From the NCBI GenBank assembly GCA_964016885.1, contig OZ024740.1, positions 255,440,001 to 255,504,000 on the forward strand: DNA of 64,000 nt, read 5' to 3'. This document shows, piece by piece, positions 50,062 to 64,000 of the stretch (position 1 is its first letter; each line of letters starts with the position of its first letter). The DNA comes from Eledone cirrhosa. Lineage: Eukaryota. Below the pieces are notes generated by a model. That model saw only the letters and a list, made by a program, of their open reading frames with translations. It was not told the DNA's origin and searched no databases. A program made the translations under genes and the position numbers.

Positions 50062-53000
50062 ATGACCTCACTCAGAATAGGCAGCATAAATGCGCGTGGC
50101 TTGGGGTCGTCATGGAAGCAGGGCCACCTGCTCAACGACCTCAGGTCACTAAACATAGATGTAGTGGCCATCAGCGAGACCAGAATCTCCGAAGCACGGG
50201 CCTTCGCACCGATCTTCGGCGGCTACGATGTGTACGCATCTCCCAGCCGTCCGGGATCGGGGGGAGGAGTTGCTGTGCTTTTTCGGAGAGGTTTGGATCT
50301 TGCCATACGGGCCATCTTCCTGGACCCAGAAGGTAAGTTGGTGGTGCTGGACATGACCAGCGGAGACGGGCAAGCTTTCAGGTTAGTGGCCGTCTATGCC
50401 CCGACAGGAGCAGGGTGGCCTGATTTCTTCCGGCGTCTGGAGACCTTTCTTGGAACGTCCCGCTCTTTAGTGTTAGTGGGCGACTGGAACGGGATCTTAG
50501 ATGCACGCTGGGATTGTGTGGGATTAGTGGATAGGGAAGGAGGGTGCAAGAGTCTCACCAACCTGCTCAGACGTTTTGAACTGTCTGACAGGTACGGAAT
50601 GGATTTCCCGAATGTACCAATGTGGACTTGGACAAATCGCATAGGGTCATCCAGATCATATCTAGATAGAGTATTTTGTAGGGAAATAGATAGGTCTAGC
50701 ATAGGCTGTCCACAATTCAAGATAGTCAGCTACACGGACCACAAATTCGTGATCTGTGTGCTTGACTTAGATAGGCTTCATAGACAAGGACCCGGCTACT
50801 GGAAGCTAAACGCGTCCTTACCAGCGCGCAAGGCCTACAGAGACCGGATTAGCGAACTAGTTAAGCGGGCGTTGACGGGGGCCATCGTCAACAACAAGTG
50901 GTGGTTTGCTCTGAAAAGAGCAATTAGAATAGAGTCCATTAGGTTTAGTAAGACTTTAGCAATAGAGAAAAATAGAGCAGAGGGAGAATTAGTTAGAAAA
51001 TTAGATGAGGCGCTTAGCAAAGGCATCGCGACCGACGTACTTGCGGCGAAATTGGCCCTTGACCAATTCTTCAATGCAAAGCACGAAGGCTGCGTTGTCA
51101 GAGCTAGGGTGCGTGCTCTCAGACACGAGGGGACGAAAGCCGTTCAATGGGCCCGAGTGGCGGAGGCGCGTCGTGGCAACAAAGCCACGATCCGGTCTTT
51201 GGTGGACCACGACGGGCGCATGCTACTCGATCCCGGGCAAATGTGTGAAGCTTTTCAGCCAAACTTCGCTCAACTGTTCGGGGGCAGTGGCGGGGCGGAT
51301 CGAGGGATGGACTTTAGTGTCTACCTCGACGGACTGCCGCGGCTTTCGGCCACTGAGGCGGAGTGTTGCGAAAAGCCGATAACAACCGCTGAAGTACGGG
51401 ATGCAATGACTAGTTGCACAAGGGGTAAATCGCCTGGTTTGGATGGTCTGCCCTATGAACTTTACGTACAAATGCCAAACTTGTTCGGAGGCCTCTTGGC
51501 GGACGTCTACTGCAACTGGCAACAGAACGGGAGAATTCCCAGCTCTGTGAGCCGAGGAGCGGTGGCGCTGCTGAGAAAGGATCCGAACAAGGGGGATAAC
51601 ATAGATAATTTTAGGCCCATAACTCTGCTAAACACAGAGTTCAAGATTTTGGCCAAGGTGCTAGCAAAGAGGTTGGCGCTTGTCGTTGGTGGTCTGGTGG
51701 GAGAGGCACAGACATGCGCCATTCCCGACAGATCCATCCACGACAACCTCCACCTCATGCGATACATCGTAGAGAGGGTAGCTAGGGAACCTGGCACGGG
51801 TGGGTCTTTGATCAATTTAGATCAGTCGAAAGCCTTCGATAGGGTCGACCATCGTTACCTAGCGGCAGTCCTGAGGGCGGCTGGCTTTGGGCCCGTCTTC
51901 AGAGGCTGGATCGCTGCCATGCACAGCGACATCTGCTCTGTAGTGAGAGTGAACGGTCACCTTTCGGAACCGTTCAACATCATGCGCTCGGTCCGCCAAG
52001 GATGTCCCCTCTCATCCCTATTGTACGTATTGACTCTCGAGCCATTACTGCACAAACTGGAGACGTTGAGGGGGGTCCCGCGCGAACTAGGATGCGGAAG
52101 ATCCGTGTCAGCATATGCCGACGATGTCACCGTAGTGGTGTCGAACGCCAAACACATCGAGGCGATCGGCACTACACTAAGAGAATACGAAGCGGTGACA
52201 GGACCAATGATCAACCAGGAAAAGTCAGTGGGCCTGCAGCTCGGCACCTGGAGAGGCAGGTCCATGCCGTCCAACAGCGTCGTCGGGCGCTGGACGGACG
52301 GACCGGTTAAATTGCTAGGGGTCTGGTTCGGTCCAGACCTCCAGACGGACAAAAACTGGGACGAGGTGACGAGCAGGGTGGCTTCTCTCACCCAGAAATG
52401 GGCCGAGAGGAAGCTATCCCAGAAAGGTCGAGCGGAGGTGGCGAATGCGTACATCGCATCTGTCATCTACTACCGCCTGACCGTCGTACCTTGTCCTAAG
52501 CCCCGCCTGACTGCGCTGGAGCGTTTGCTCTTTCGCTTCTTGTGGAAGGGACGCGCTCCGATGGTCAGGCGGTCCATCTGCTGTCAACACCCGCTACGTG
52601 GAGGGCTGGGCATGCCGTGGCTGATGATGCGCAGACACGCGCTCAGGCTACGACATCTCCACCTCTTCCTCGACGGTGATCAGGTGTGGTCGCCGTTTGC
52701 AAGACACGTTTTTCCCCAGCTCGTCTCCTTGACGGAGCTGCAGTCCTGGGTTAAGCGAAGAATCGAGAGGGAGCGCTTGGAGACTGGAATGTCTTCAGGC
52801 GCTCACAGCCCTCGACCAATCGGGCAATGTGATCGGTGGAAACTCCACCTTGGCGTTCTATAGGGGATTAGTGGAGGGGAAGAGCGACGACGTACTTGGA
52901 GAAACTCTAGGTGTCGACGAAAATCAACTAGCCAATCTCTTCGGAAGGACTTTCGGGCCGGGGCCTATGGACAACTTCCAGAAATCCCTGGCCTGGCAGT

Positions 53001-53482
53001 GCTACCGAGGAGCTTTGCCAGTTCGGGATAAACTCTACAGGCATGGAGGTGCCGGCAGCCGGGCATGTCCGAGATGCGCGCAGGGCGACGAAACCGTCCT
53101 GCACGCACTCGTCCAGTGTCCGAGCATTGCTGACTTGTGCGTTTATGTCGAACACCTGCTGTCACGTGTAGGACCTATCCAGCTATCAGCTGAGTCCATC
53201 GTGAGGATTGCCCCGCCCCCTTCCTTTAGCCTGGAAGGGCAGGCAGTTTTTATCTGTCTGGTGGCCATGACGAAAGAGATAGTATGGTGGACACGTTTGA
53301 AAGGGCTGAAGACGAGCACTTACCTCTTCGGTGATGCCCTGATTAACTTTTTCAAATTTCATTTGAAAAGGAAAATCAGGGTAGAGAGGGAAGTGCTCTC
53401 TTCCCAGCATTTTGTTGAAAGATGGGTGAGAGAAGCAAGTATGGCCCGAATGAATGGGCCTTCTCTGAGTATGTGTCTGTAA
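50062..53482 (+). pseudogene. ORF2 APE-RT with a single frameshift near 52762
   Basis: The 933-aa and 217-aa pieces together are colinear with, and nearly identical to, the 1139-aa ORF2. Confidence 0.9.
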
Positions 53483-53764
53483 ATTAAAGGTGGAAAACTG
53501 GGAGAGGGCACTTGCCCTGGTGGTCAGGGCCACTGTGGTCTTTTAATGGGCTTTCTCCACAAATGTCCCTTGGAAGTCTCCCCCCTATTGGGGAATTTTT
53601 CTTTGTTATTTTATTTCAACCTCTGTTTTTTTACACGCAGAAATGCCCATTTGTACCGTCCTGTATTGTCCTGTACTGTCCTTAATGTCTACTTTATGTG
53701 AACCCTTGTGGTTAATAAAGAAAACATTATTATTATTATCATTATTATTATTATTATTATTGTA

Positions 53765-54465
53765 AATTACTATACAGAGACAGGAACTGTGTGGTCTTTA
53801 CAAAAATACCTGCAAACAATATAAATAAAATTAACAAAATAACAAGAAAAGTACACAATGAAAATTTCCCAATGGGAGGGATAATCACCCAGGGTCTATC
53901 AAGGAACCCCACCTGAACCACCCGGCGCTTCGAGGGAATCCATTCTCACCACATTCACCCACCTTTTACCAAATGATCTGGGGCCTCCACTTCTCTCTCC
54001 ACCCTCACTCTCCTCTCCAAGTGAAACTTGAACACGTGTCTGTCTTCAGTCCTTTCAACGTGGACCACGACACAACCTCTATCGCTGCCGCCACCAGCCA
54101 TAGGAAAATTGCCTGCCCTTCCTGGCCAAAAGAAGACGGCGGGCTGATCTTCACTATGGACTCGGTCGATGGCCGGATCCTTTCTACACGATACAACAGC
54201 TGATGGACATAACTCCACAAGCCAATAAGTGCACGCAGAACGGCTTCGACGCTCTGCGTGCATCTCGGGCAGGTACGTCTGACAGCACTTCCGTACCTGT
54301 AGAGTGTATCTGTAACCGGCAGTTCGCCCCGGTAGCACCGCCAAGCGAGGGATTTCTGGAAATTATCGATAATCCCCATCTCGAAAGCCCTCCAGAACAG
54401 ACTAGTCAATTCAACTTCTTCAACACCCAGAGCATCTCTGAATGCATCGTCGCAATTGCCCACCA
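53765..54465 (-). mobile_element. Older, more diverged Tx1-clade 3' fragment
   Basis: DNFQKSLAWRCYRGELPV..LYRYGSAV..CPRC and FKFHLERRVRVERE. Confidence 0.82.
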
Positions 54466-54786
54466 CCGATCCTGTTTAGAACTTGAAAGAGCAAAGTTCG
54501 GGAAGGGAAGATGTTGGAAGGTTGGGAAAAAAAGATATTTTTTAAGATGGGTGAGGAGAGCAGGTAAGTTATGCAGGGGTGGAGGCCAAGGTGGAGAGGT
54601 CAGGTATATCATTTTATTAGTACTGTTATATGTGTGTTTATTGTGTGTATTTCGTGGGTGTGCATGCCATTGTTGTTATTACTTCTTTGTGCGTCTGATG
54701 TAGGAAGTGAGCGTGTTTGTGTATATATACATGTGTGGCTGCGAATGCTTTAAGTATTTTATGTGTTGGTGTAATGTGTCCTTTTG

Positions 54787-55020
54787 ACGGCAGAGGAGAA
54801 AGTAGGGGCTTATACCGACTTAAAAGAAGAGATCTTGAAATGCTGGAGTAATGAAGTGAAGATAGTCACCATTGTCCCAGTGATAATTGGTGCTCTTGAC
54901 ATGGTGGCAAAGAACATTGAGAACTGCCTGTCGAAGAAAGATTTTGCACCGGGAATTGAACTGCTCCAGATGAGATGCTTACTGGGAATAGCCCGAATAT
55001 TGAGAAAAGGTTCTGGACTA
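54787..55020 (+). pseudogene. C-terminal fragment of another RLE-type (R4-like) element
   Basis: EEK...Y.DLK.EI...W...IVPVIIGAL...LQ..CLLG.ARILR matches the C-terminal pattern of ORF 23805-27197. Confidence 0.75.
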
Positions 55021-55216
55021 CCAGCAGTAGTGAAATGACAAGGAGTGACATGAAAAGATTGGACTTACTCTGGGTTACGAAGTGTACCCGGCGCAAAGCA
55101 ACAACAAAATTGGTCGTGATAAATACACATCGTTGTCATCATCATCATTATGGTAACGACGATGAAGTTGATAAACCACCTAACTGCTGCTGCTGTTGCT
55201 GCTGCTGTTGCTACTA

Positions 55217-55253
<37 letters not shown>

Positions 55254-55366
55254 GTAGATTGATGTGCATTCTTACTGTTGGTGTTAATCCGGATTAAGAA
55301 GCCCCACATTGAACATCGTGTTGGACATTTGGTGGTCTTGATGTCGATGTGGTGATGATGGTTTCC

Positions 55367-55417
<51 letters not shown>

Positions 55418-55480
55418 GTCTGAGTGTATGTATGTATATATGTATGGAAGTATATTTGTATCTATGTGTATATGTATGAA

Positions 55481-55544
<64 letters not shown>

Positions 55545-55821
55545 TATAATTGTGTAAAATTGCCTCCTGTGTTTTCTCTATTCATTTTCAATTATATATG
55601 TGTGTGTAGAGAGAGGGGGGGGGAGAGAGAGAGAAGGTGGGTGTGTTTATATATTTATGTATGTATGCATATATGATTTTATGTATGTATGATTATTTCA
55701 TATTTACTCATTAGTTCTTAATGCCGGATTTTGAACAATAATTCCTAACTCCACGTGGATGTATGTGTGCGCGCGTGTGTGAGTATATATATTATTTATT
55801 TAAAAATTTATTTAAAACAAC

Positions 55822-55955
55822 AAAAGGCCGGACTGGAAATATCCCCTTAAAGTTGCAAAAAACACTATATACAGATATTTCAATGGGCATTGAAACATAT
55901 TAGTGTTCTTTTGTAACATTAAAGCTTTATGGGGACATTTCCAGTCCGGCCTTTT
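55822..55955. repeat. Short foldback or MITE-like inverted repeat with arms of about 31 bp
   Basis: aaaaggccggactggaaatatccccttaaag versus the reverse complement of ctttatggggacatttccagtccggcctttt, 2 mismatches. Confidence 0.75.
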
Positions 55956-56117
55956 AAATGAATATTAAATTCGTTCCTGTACCAGGCAATGGTATTCAAC
56001 ATCTACGATGGATGAGTTGTTTATTGTAGAGTGCCTTTCTTACTATAACATCATGATTAATTAAACATACTGACCAGTTCTACCCAATGGTAAGCCACAC
56101 AACATGAATGGTATATT

Positions 56118-56194
56118 AATGACAGTTCAAGCCCAGCTGTATGTGTGAGTGTATATATATACTGTATCTATGTTAATGTATATCTGTCTGTATG

Positions 56195-56283
<89 letters not shown>

Positions 56284-56361
56284 TCTGCTGGGCTTAAAAT
56301 ATCACTAATATAAATACAGTGTATATACACTCGCGCATATTGTTGAGCTTGAACTGTCATT
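56118..56361. repeat. Inverted repeat with arms of about 50 bp enclosing a (TG)n tract
   Basis: aatgacagttcaagc... on the left and ...gcttgaactgtcatt on the right. Confidence 0.7.
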
Positions 56362-56873
56362 TAAATATATATATATATATATACTTGGGGAGGGTCATAT
56401 TTGGGAAATATTGCCAGAATTAATAACAACACACTCACTGTTTGGTTGGTTTTCGCTTCTGTGTCTTTTATATCGGTTAATTTAAATTATTCGGTCCTCA
56501 ATGTTGCCATTGACTGACCAACGGTCAAAAATAATACAGATACAATATAGACACAAACACATATATATAGTTTCTCAAAGTTCTTTCGTTGCACATCTGC
56601 AACATCGTCAGTGGTGCTATTGTTTCCTCCCGTTGCATTGTATTTTCTACGCCATCTTTATTTAGTCTGTTTATATATTTATTTATTTGTTTATTTTTTT
56701 TCTTCTTTGCGCATGCGTTTGCGTGTGTGTATAGTGTTTTGTTTGATGTGTGTTCGTGTTTGGGTGACTGTGTATTGGTTAATGTATTCTATTTTTACTG
56801 GTGTGTGTTTATATGTGTTTGTTGTTATTGTGCTTGTGTATGTATTTATTTATTTATCTATTTATTTATTTAT

Positions 56874-57211
56874 TTATACTTCTCTTAGATCAGTGTTGTT
56901 TGTTTGGGTGTTATTGTTATTCCATTCATTTTTTCTGTTTAGCCTTGGCCTTCTAAGTTCTATTTCGCTGGCCTCTCTGATTTGCCTATGTGCTGGGTCA
57001 TTTCTATGTTTAGATATTATTCTAATTTCTATGTTGTCTATGTTACCGTCGTGTTGTCTGGCATGTTCGTATAGTACTGAACCGTTTTTTCGTCCCTTTA
57101 GTTACCCCCAGTGTTGGTCTATCCTTTCACCTATGCTACGAGCTGTCTCGCCTATGTATGTTGTCATGTTTCTGCAAGTACCCTCTGTACTTCTTATGCT
57201 ATAGACTACGT

Positions 57212-57212
<1 letters not shown>
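56874..57212 (-). pseudogene. Penelope-like element remnant: GIY-YIG endonuclease domain
   Basis: Manual translation gives NVVYSI...TYIGETARSIGERIDQH(W G stop)...LYEHA...RQIREASEI...PRLNRKNEW, with one in-frame stop. It is absent from the ORF track. Confidence 0.8.
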
Positions 57213-57893
<681 letters not shown>

Positions 57894-58126
57894 AGGGATT
57901 GTAACGTCCAGTTACTGTAGGTTCACCAGACTGAGCACTCGATGCGTAATCGTTATATACGTTTGCTACGCCCTAAGAGGTTCACTCTGTCATTTCCACA
58001 ACAGAGGTCCGACGAGCTTTTGATTCCATAGTTGGGCTAGATCGTTGCAGATCGAACCTTGAGCTGGACAATAACGAAACGCACGTCACTACTCAATAAA
58101 AGTAATGAAGACATAACAAATCGTCC

Positions 58127-58203
<77 letters not shown>

Positions 58204-58412
58204 GGCGACCTACGTAGGAAATCGTATTATCGTGAGCTCCGCAAAGGTTTGTTATTTCCGTTTGTTTAAAAATTGCCATTTATGGAAAATTTTATTGTTA
58301 ACTGTTTATAAGCACACATACATTGTTTTCCGAAAAGGACACCTAAAAAGATTGGGGCCTTGTGCCCAAAATTTTAACTTTTATTATTATCAAAAAATTT
58401 CTTTGAAAAAAA

Positions 58413-60365
58413 ATGGCTACTTCACCTCTGCACGAAGCAGCTGAAAGCCTTCCTCACAAAATAACACCTCACACCGACACCACCATTGTAAATGTTACTA
58501 CGTTTGCCAACACAAAAAAAAATATAAGCAGTAGCAATATTTTAAATTTGTCTCAGGCAGACATTCATTTCCCGCCATTACCAATGACTGCAGGTGTTAA
58601 AGCCTCCACCACCACCACCACCGCGACAACAGAAACAAAAGAAGAAAAAAATAAATTAACTCGTGATGTCGAAATGAAATCAAGCAAAATGGACTCTTCC
58701 CCACCAAAGACGACTGACGTCACCACCACCACAACTGAAACTAAAATTAATATTAACGATAGCAACAACAACAACAATGACATTATAACCCCCCCCCTCA
58801 GTTTCGCCAGAGTAGCAAAACAATTCGAAGCATTTACCGTAACTCAAGAAGATTTAGAAAATGCCAAACAAATGGTAAAGAAAGATGGGTACAGGGTCAG
58901 CCTCACCCCACCACCTAATAAAATGGAGCATCGGCGCCTATGCACCGTGTCGTATAGAACAATAAATGTAAAATCGCGCCGAGTGGAACGGGCATCCGAG
59001 TCCCAAATCCAAAAAGCTTTGGGACATGTGTGGACAAGAAAAACCCACATCAGACGTGGGCAAAAGTATGGAACCGTGGATGTGTTCTTTGAAACACCAG
59101 AGGAGGCTAGAGAACACTCCATGGCCCCATTAAAAAGTGACGACTTCACACTCGTCCCAAGCTATTGTGGCCAGAGACTCGTAAAGATCAGGGTGACCCA
59201 CGTTCCACCGGCCATCGAAATTCCCTGGCTAATAGCGGCTGTTCTCGCCGGCATCGAAGCCAACACGAAAATAATAGCAGTAGCAAAAGAAAAGCAGGAA
59301 AACTGGTCCGGATCTGGGATGGAGCTCCTGATCCAAGCGGACCAAAAAAGCATTGAGGAGATCCCAGAGGTAATAGACCTCACTGACGGCAGCCACCTCA
59401 CGGTAATTGTCGAGGGCAGAAGACCTAGGTGTGTCGTTTGTGGTGAAGGAACCCACCTAAGGGCTTTCTGCCCTCAAGCTAAAAGGTTGAGGCCACCTCT
59501 CCTACCCACCCCAGTGACACAACCATCAACACCACCAGTAGCAGAGATGGCAGCAACAACTGTAGCAGCAACAACAGAAGCAACTATAACAGCAACAACC
59601 CCAGCAACAGTAGCAAAACCAACACCACTACCACCACCAGCAAAACCAACACCACCACCACCCAACACTTCAGAACTAGCACCAGCGCCTACACCATCCA
59701 CCACAACCAAAAGTAACGGCTGTGGAGGATTTTCCACTCCCCGGCCTATCACAACTGGAGACAGATTGTGACGACGAGGAGTGGGAAACGATATCCGGAA
59801 AAAAAAAAGAAACCAAAAAAGAAAAAATTCTCTTCCTTCCCCCTCCAAAAACAAAATACAGAGGGAAACAAATAAACTAAGAAACAAAAAAGTTAGGACA
59901 GATATGCCACCATCCACACCAGCATCACCAACCCCATCAACCCAAACACCAACACCATCACCATCATTAACTCCAACACCACCATCACCTACACCACAAA
60001 AGTCACCAAAATGCGAAACAGAAACAAACCCACAACAAACGCAAACAAAACAAAACAACCAAAACGATACACACTACACAGCATTAAATTTGAACAACAA
60101 GCAATTATTACACTACATCCAACACAACACCAGCATCACAGAAAAAGACTACACAACAACCCCAAAATTCACACCACCTCCACACATACAAATCACTCGC
60201 ATCACACAGAAAACGTACATGACACTAAAACAAAAATTCCCCAAAGACATCGGAGACTTCCGACAAGCACTCTCCAGGAGGATTTATAAGGACATCCTTC
60301 CTGAGGAGGCCACAATCAGTGAAAAGGATGGAAAAACCGTCCTTCCCCTACGAGAAGTAAGGTAA
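58413..60365 (+). pseudogene. ORF1 zinc-knuckle protein, frameshifted near 59705
   Basis: Split over ORFs 58413-59771 and 59781-60365; contains CVVCGEGTHLRAFC. Confidence 0.85.
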
Positions 60366-60399
60366 GAGGTCTTTCCCATCTTTTCCACTCCTTTTCAAC

Positions 60400-63300
60400 A
60401 TGACCTCACTCAGAATAGGCAGCATAAATGCGCGTGGCTTGGGGTCGTCATGGAAGCAGGGCCACCTGCTCAACGACCTCAGGTCACTAAACATAGATGT
60501 AGTGGCCATCAGCGAGACCAGAATCTCCGAAGCACAGGCTTTCGCACCGATCTTCGGCGGCTACGATGTGTACGCATCTCCCAGCCGTCCGGGATCGGGG
60601 GGAGGAGTTGCTGTGCTTTTTCGGAGAGGTTTGGATCTTGCCATACGGGCCATCTTCCTGGACCCAGAAGGTAAGTTGGTGGTGCTGGACGTGACCAGCG
60701 GAGACGGGCAAGCTTTCAGGTTAGTGGCCGTCTATGCTCCGACAGGAGCAGGGCGGCCTGATTTTCTTCCGGCGTCTGGAGACCTTTCTTGGAACGTCCC
60801 GCTCTTTAGTGTTAGTGGGCGACTGGAACGGGATCTTAGATGCACGCTGGGATTGTGTGGGATTAGTGGATAGGGAAGGAGGGTGCAAGAGTCTCACCAA
60901 CCTGCTCAGACGTTTTGAACTGTCTGACAGGTACCGAATGGATTTCCTGAATGTACCAATGTGGACTTGGACAAATCGCATAGGGTCATCCAGATCATAT
61001 CTAGATAGAGTATTTTGTAGGGAAATAGATAGGTCTAGCATAGGCTGTCCACAATTCAAGATAGTCAGCTACACGGACCACAAATTCGTGATCTGTGTGC
61101 TTGACTTAGATAGGCTTCATAGACAAGGACCCGGCTACTGGAAGCTAAACGCGTCCTTACCAGCGCGCAAGGCCTACAGAGACCGGATTAGCGAACTAGT
61201 TAAGCGGGCGTTGACGGGGGCCATCGTCAACAACAAGTGGTGGTTTGCTCTGAAAAGAGCAATTAGAATAGAGTCCATTAGGTTTAGTAAGACTTTAGCA
61301 ATAGAGAAAAATAGAGAAGAGGGAGAATTAGTTAGAAAATTAGATGAGGCGCTTAGCAAAGGTATCGCGACCGACGTACTTGCGGCGAAATTGGCCCTTG
61401 ACCAATTCTTCAATGCAAAGCACGAAGGCTGCGTTGTCAGAGCAAGGGTGCGTGCTCTCAGACACGAGGGGACGAAAGCCGTTCAATGGGCCCGAGTGGC
61501 GGAGGCGCGTCGTGGCAACAAAGCCACGATCCGGTCTTTGGTGGACCACGACGGGCGCATGCTACTCGATCCCGGGCAAATGTGTGAAGCTTTTCAGCGA
61601 CACTTCGCTCAACTGTTCGGGGGCAGTGGCGGGCCGGATCGAGGGATGGACTTTAGTGTCTACCTTGACGGACTGCCGCGGCTTTCGGCCACTGAGGCGG
61701 AGTGTTGCGAAAAGCCGATAACAACCGCTGAAGTACGGGATGCAATGACTAGTTGCACAAGGGGTAAATCGCCTGGTTTGGATGGTCTGCCTATGAACTT
61801 TACGTACAAATGCCAAACTTGTTCGGAGGCCTCTTGGCGGACGTCTACTGCAACTGGCAACAGAACGGGAGAATTCCCAGCTCTGTGAGCCGAGGAGCGG
61901 TGGTGCTGCTGAGAAAGGATCCGAACAAGGGGGATAACATAGATAATTTTAGGCCCATATCTCTGGTAAACACAGAGTTCAAGATTTTGGCCAAGGTGCT
62001 AGCAAAGAGGTTGGCGCTTATCGTTGGTGGTCTGGTGGGAGAGGCACAGACATGCGCCATTCCCGACAGATCCATCCACGACAACCTCCACCTCATGCGA
62101 TACATCGTAGAGAGGGTAGCTAGAGAACCTGGCACGGGTGGGTCTTTGATCAATTTAGATCAGTCGAAAGCCTTCGATAGGGTCGACCATCGTTACCTAG
62201 CGGCAGTCCTGAGGTCGGCTGCTTTGGGCCCGTCTTCAGAGGCTGGATCGCTGCCATGGACAGCGACATCTGCTCTGTAGTGAGAGTGAACGGTCACCTT
62301 TCGGAACCGTTCAACATCATGCGCTCGGTGCGCCAAGGATGTCCCCTCTCGTCCCTATTGTACGTATTGACTCTCGAGCCATTACTGCACAAACTGGAGA
62401 CGTTGAGGGGGGTCCCGCGCGAACTAGGATGCGGAAGACCCGTGTCAGCATATGCCGACGATGTCACCGTAGTGGTGTCGAACGCCAAACACATCGAGGC
62501 GATCGGCACTACACTAAGAGAATACGAAGCGGTGACAGGAGCAATGATCAACCAGGAAAAGTCAGTGGGCCTGCAGCTCGGCACCTGGAGAGGCAGGTCC
62601 ATGCCGTCCAACAGCGTCGTCGGGCGCTGGACGGACGGACCGGTTAAATTGCTAGGGGTCTGGTTCGGTCCAGACCTCCAGACGGACAAAAACTGGGACG
62701 AGGTGACGAGCAGGGTGGCTTCTCTCACCCAGAAATGGGCCGAGAGGAAACTATCCCTGAAAGGTCGAGCGGAGGTGGCGAATGCGTACATCGCATCCGT
62801 CATCTACTACCGCCTGACCGTCGTACCTTGTCCTAAGCCCCGCCTGACTGCGCTGGAGCGTTTGCTCTTTCGCTTCTTGTGGAAGGGACGCGCTCCGATG
62901 GTCAGGCGTTCCATCTGCTGTCAACACCCGCTACGTCGAGGGCTGGGCATGCCGTGGCTGATGATGCGCAGACACGCGCTCAGGCTACGACATCTCCACC
63001 TCTTCCTCGACGGTGATCAGGTGTGGTCGCCGTTTGCACGACACGTTTTTCCCCAGCTCGTCTCCTTGACGGAGCTGCAGTCCTGGGTCAAGCGAAGACC
63101 GAGAGGGAGCGCTTGGAGACTGGAATGTCTTCAGGCGCTCACAGCCCTCGACCAATCGGGCAATGTGATCGGTGGAAACTCCACCTTGGCGTTCTATAGG
63201 GGATTAGTGGAGGGGAAGAGCGACGACGTACTTGGAGAAACTCTAGGCGTCGACGAAAATCAACTAGCCAATCTCTTCGGAAGGACTTTCGGGCCGGGGC

Positions 63301-63818
63301 CTATGGACAACTTCCAGAAATCCCTGGCCTGGCAGTGCTACCGAGGAGCTTTGCCAGTTCGGGATAAACTCTACAGGCATGGAGGTGCCGGCAGCCGGGC
63401 ATGTCCGAGATGCGCGCAGGGCGACGAAACCGTCCTGCACGCACTCGTCCAGTGTCCGAGCATTGCTGACTTGTGGGTTTATGTCGAACACCTGCTGTCA
63501 CGTGTAGGACCTATCCAGCTATCAGCTGAGTCCATCGTGAGGATTGCCCCGCCCCCTTCCTTTAGCCTGGAAGGGCAGGCAGTTTTTATCTGTCTGGTGG
63601 CCATGGCGAAAGAGATAGTATGGTGGACACGTTTGAAAGGGCTGAAGACGAGCACTTACCTCTTCGGTGATGCCCTGATTAACTTTTTCAAATTTCATTT
63701 GAAAAGGAAAATCAGGGTAGAGAGGGAAGTGCTCTCTTCCCAGCATTTTGTTGAAAGATGGGTGAGAGAAGCAAGTATGGCCCGAATGAATGGGCCTTCT
63801 CTGAGTATGTGTCTGTAA
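60400..63818 (+). pseudogene. ORF2 APE-RT with about three single-base frameshifts
   Basis: Pieces 60400-60873, 60734-61888, 61810-62280 and 62256-63818 tile the 1139-aa ORF2. Confidence 0.9.
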
Positions 63819-64000
63819 ATTAAAGGTGGAAAACTGGGAGAGGGCACTTGCCCTGGTGGTCAGGGCCACTGTGGTCTTTTAATGGGCTTTCTCCACAAAT
63901 GTCCCTTGGAAGTCTCCCCCCTATTGGGGAATTTTTCTTGTTATTTTATTTCAACCTCTGTTATTTTACACGCAGAAATGCCCATTTGTACCGTCCTGTA

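Larger units (their letters stand above)
47850..53725 (+). mobile_element. Full-length Tx1-clade element subfamily A with frameshifts
   Basis: Flanked by (TTA)n at both ends. It has a 5' GGCGACCTACGTAGG start, ORF1, ORF2, and AATAAA just before the tail. Confidence 0.93.
58204..64000 (+). mobile_element. Full-length Tx1-clade element subfamily A with frameshifts; its 3'UTR runs off the window
   Basis: Begins after (TTA)n at 58129-58203 and is near-identical to 47850-53725. Confidence 0.93.

Overview
Eukaryotic, repeat-only window with no recognisable host gene. The tRNA-derived SINE and microsatellite make-up suggest an animal, possibly a cephalopod mollusc (inference only). Bases 1-13.5 kb are a 41-bp tandem satellite with higher-order block duplications; its three giant ORFs are artefacts. 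Bases 13.5-22.4 kb are microsatellite-rich spacer with a (GGT)n-type array, short inverted duplications and a minimal hammerhead ribozyme motif. Bases 22.5-64 kb are a nested cluster of non-LTR retroelements inserted into (TTA)n/(TAA)n microsatellites. It contains R4/Dong-like RT-RLE elements (one intact, 1130 aa), Tx1-clade two-ORF APE-RT elements (one intact, several disrupted, with at least three different 5'UTR/ORF1 modules) and a tRNA-SINE whose 3' end resembles the Tx1 3' end. Tx1 and the SINE sit in the tract with ATT on their sense strand, while R4/Dong sits antiparallel. An approximately 10.9-kb inversion (31456-42390) with staggered-break duplications can be reconstructed. A Penelope-like GIY-YIG remnant lies near 57 kb.
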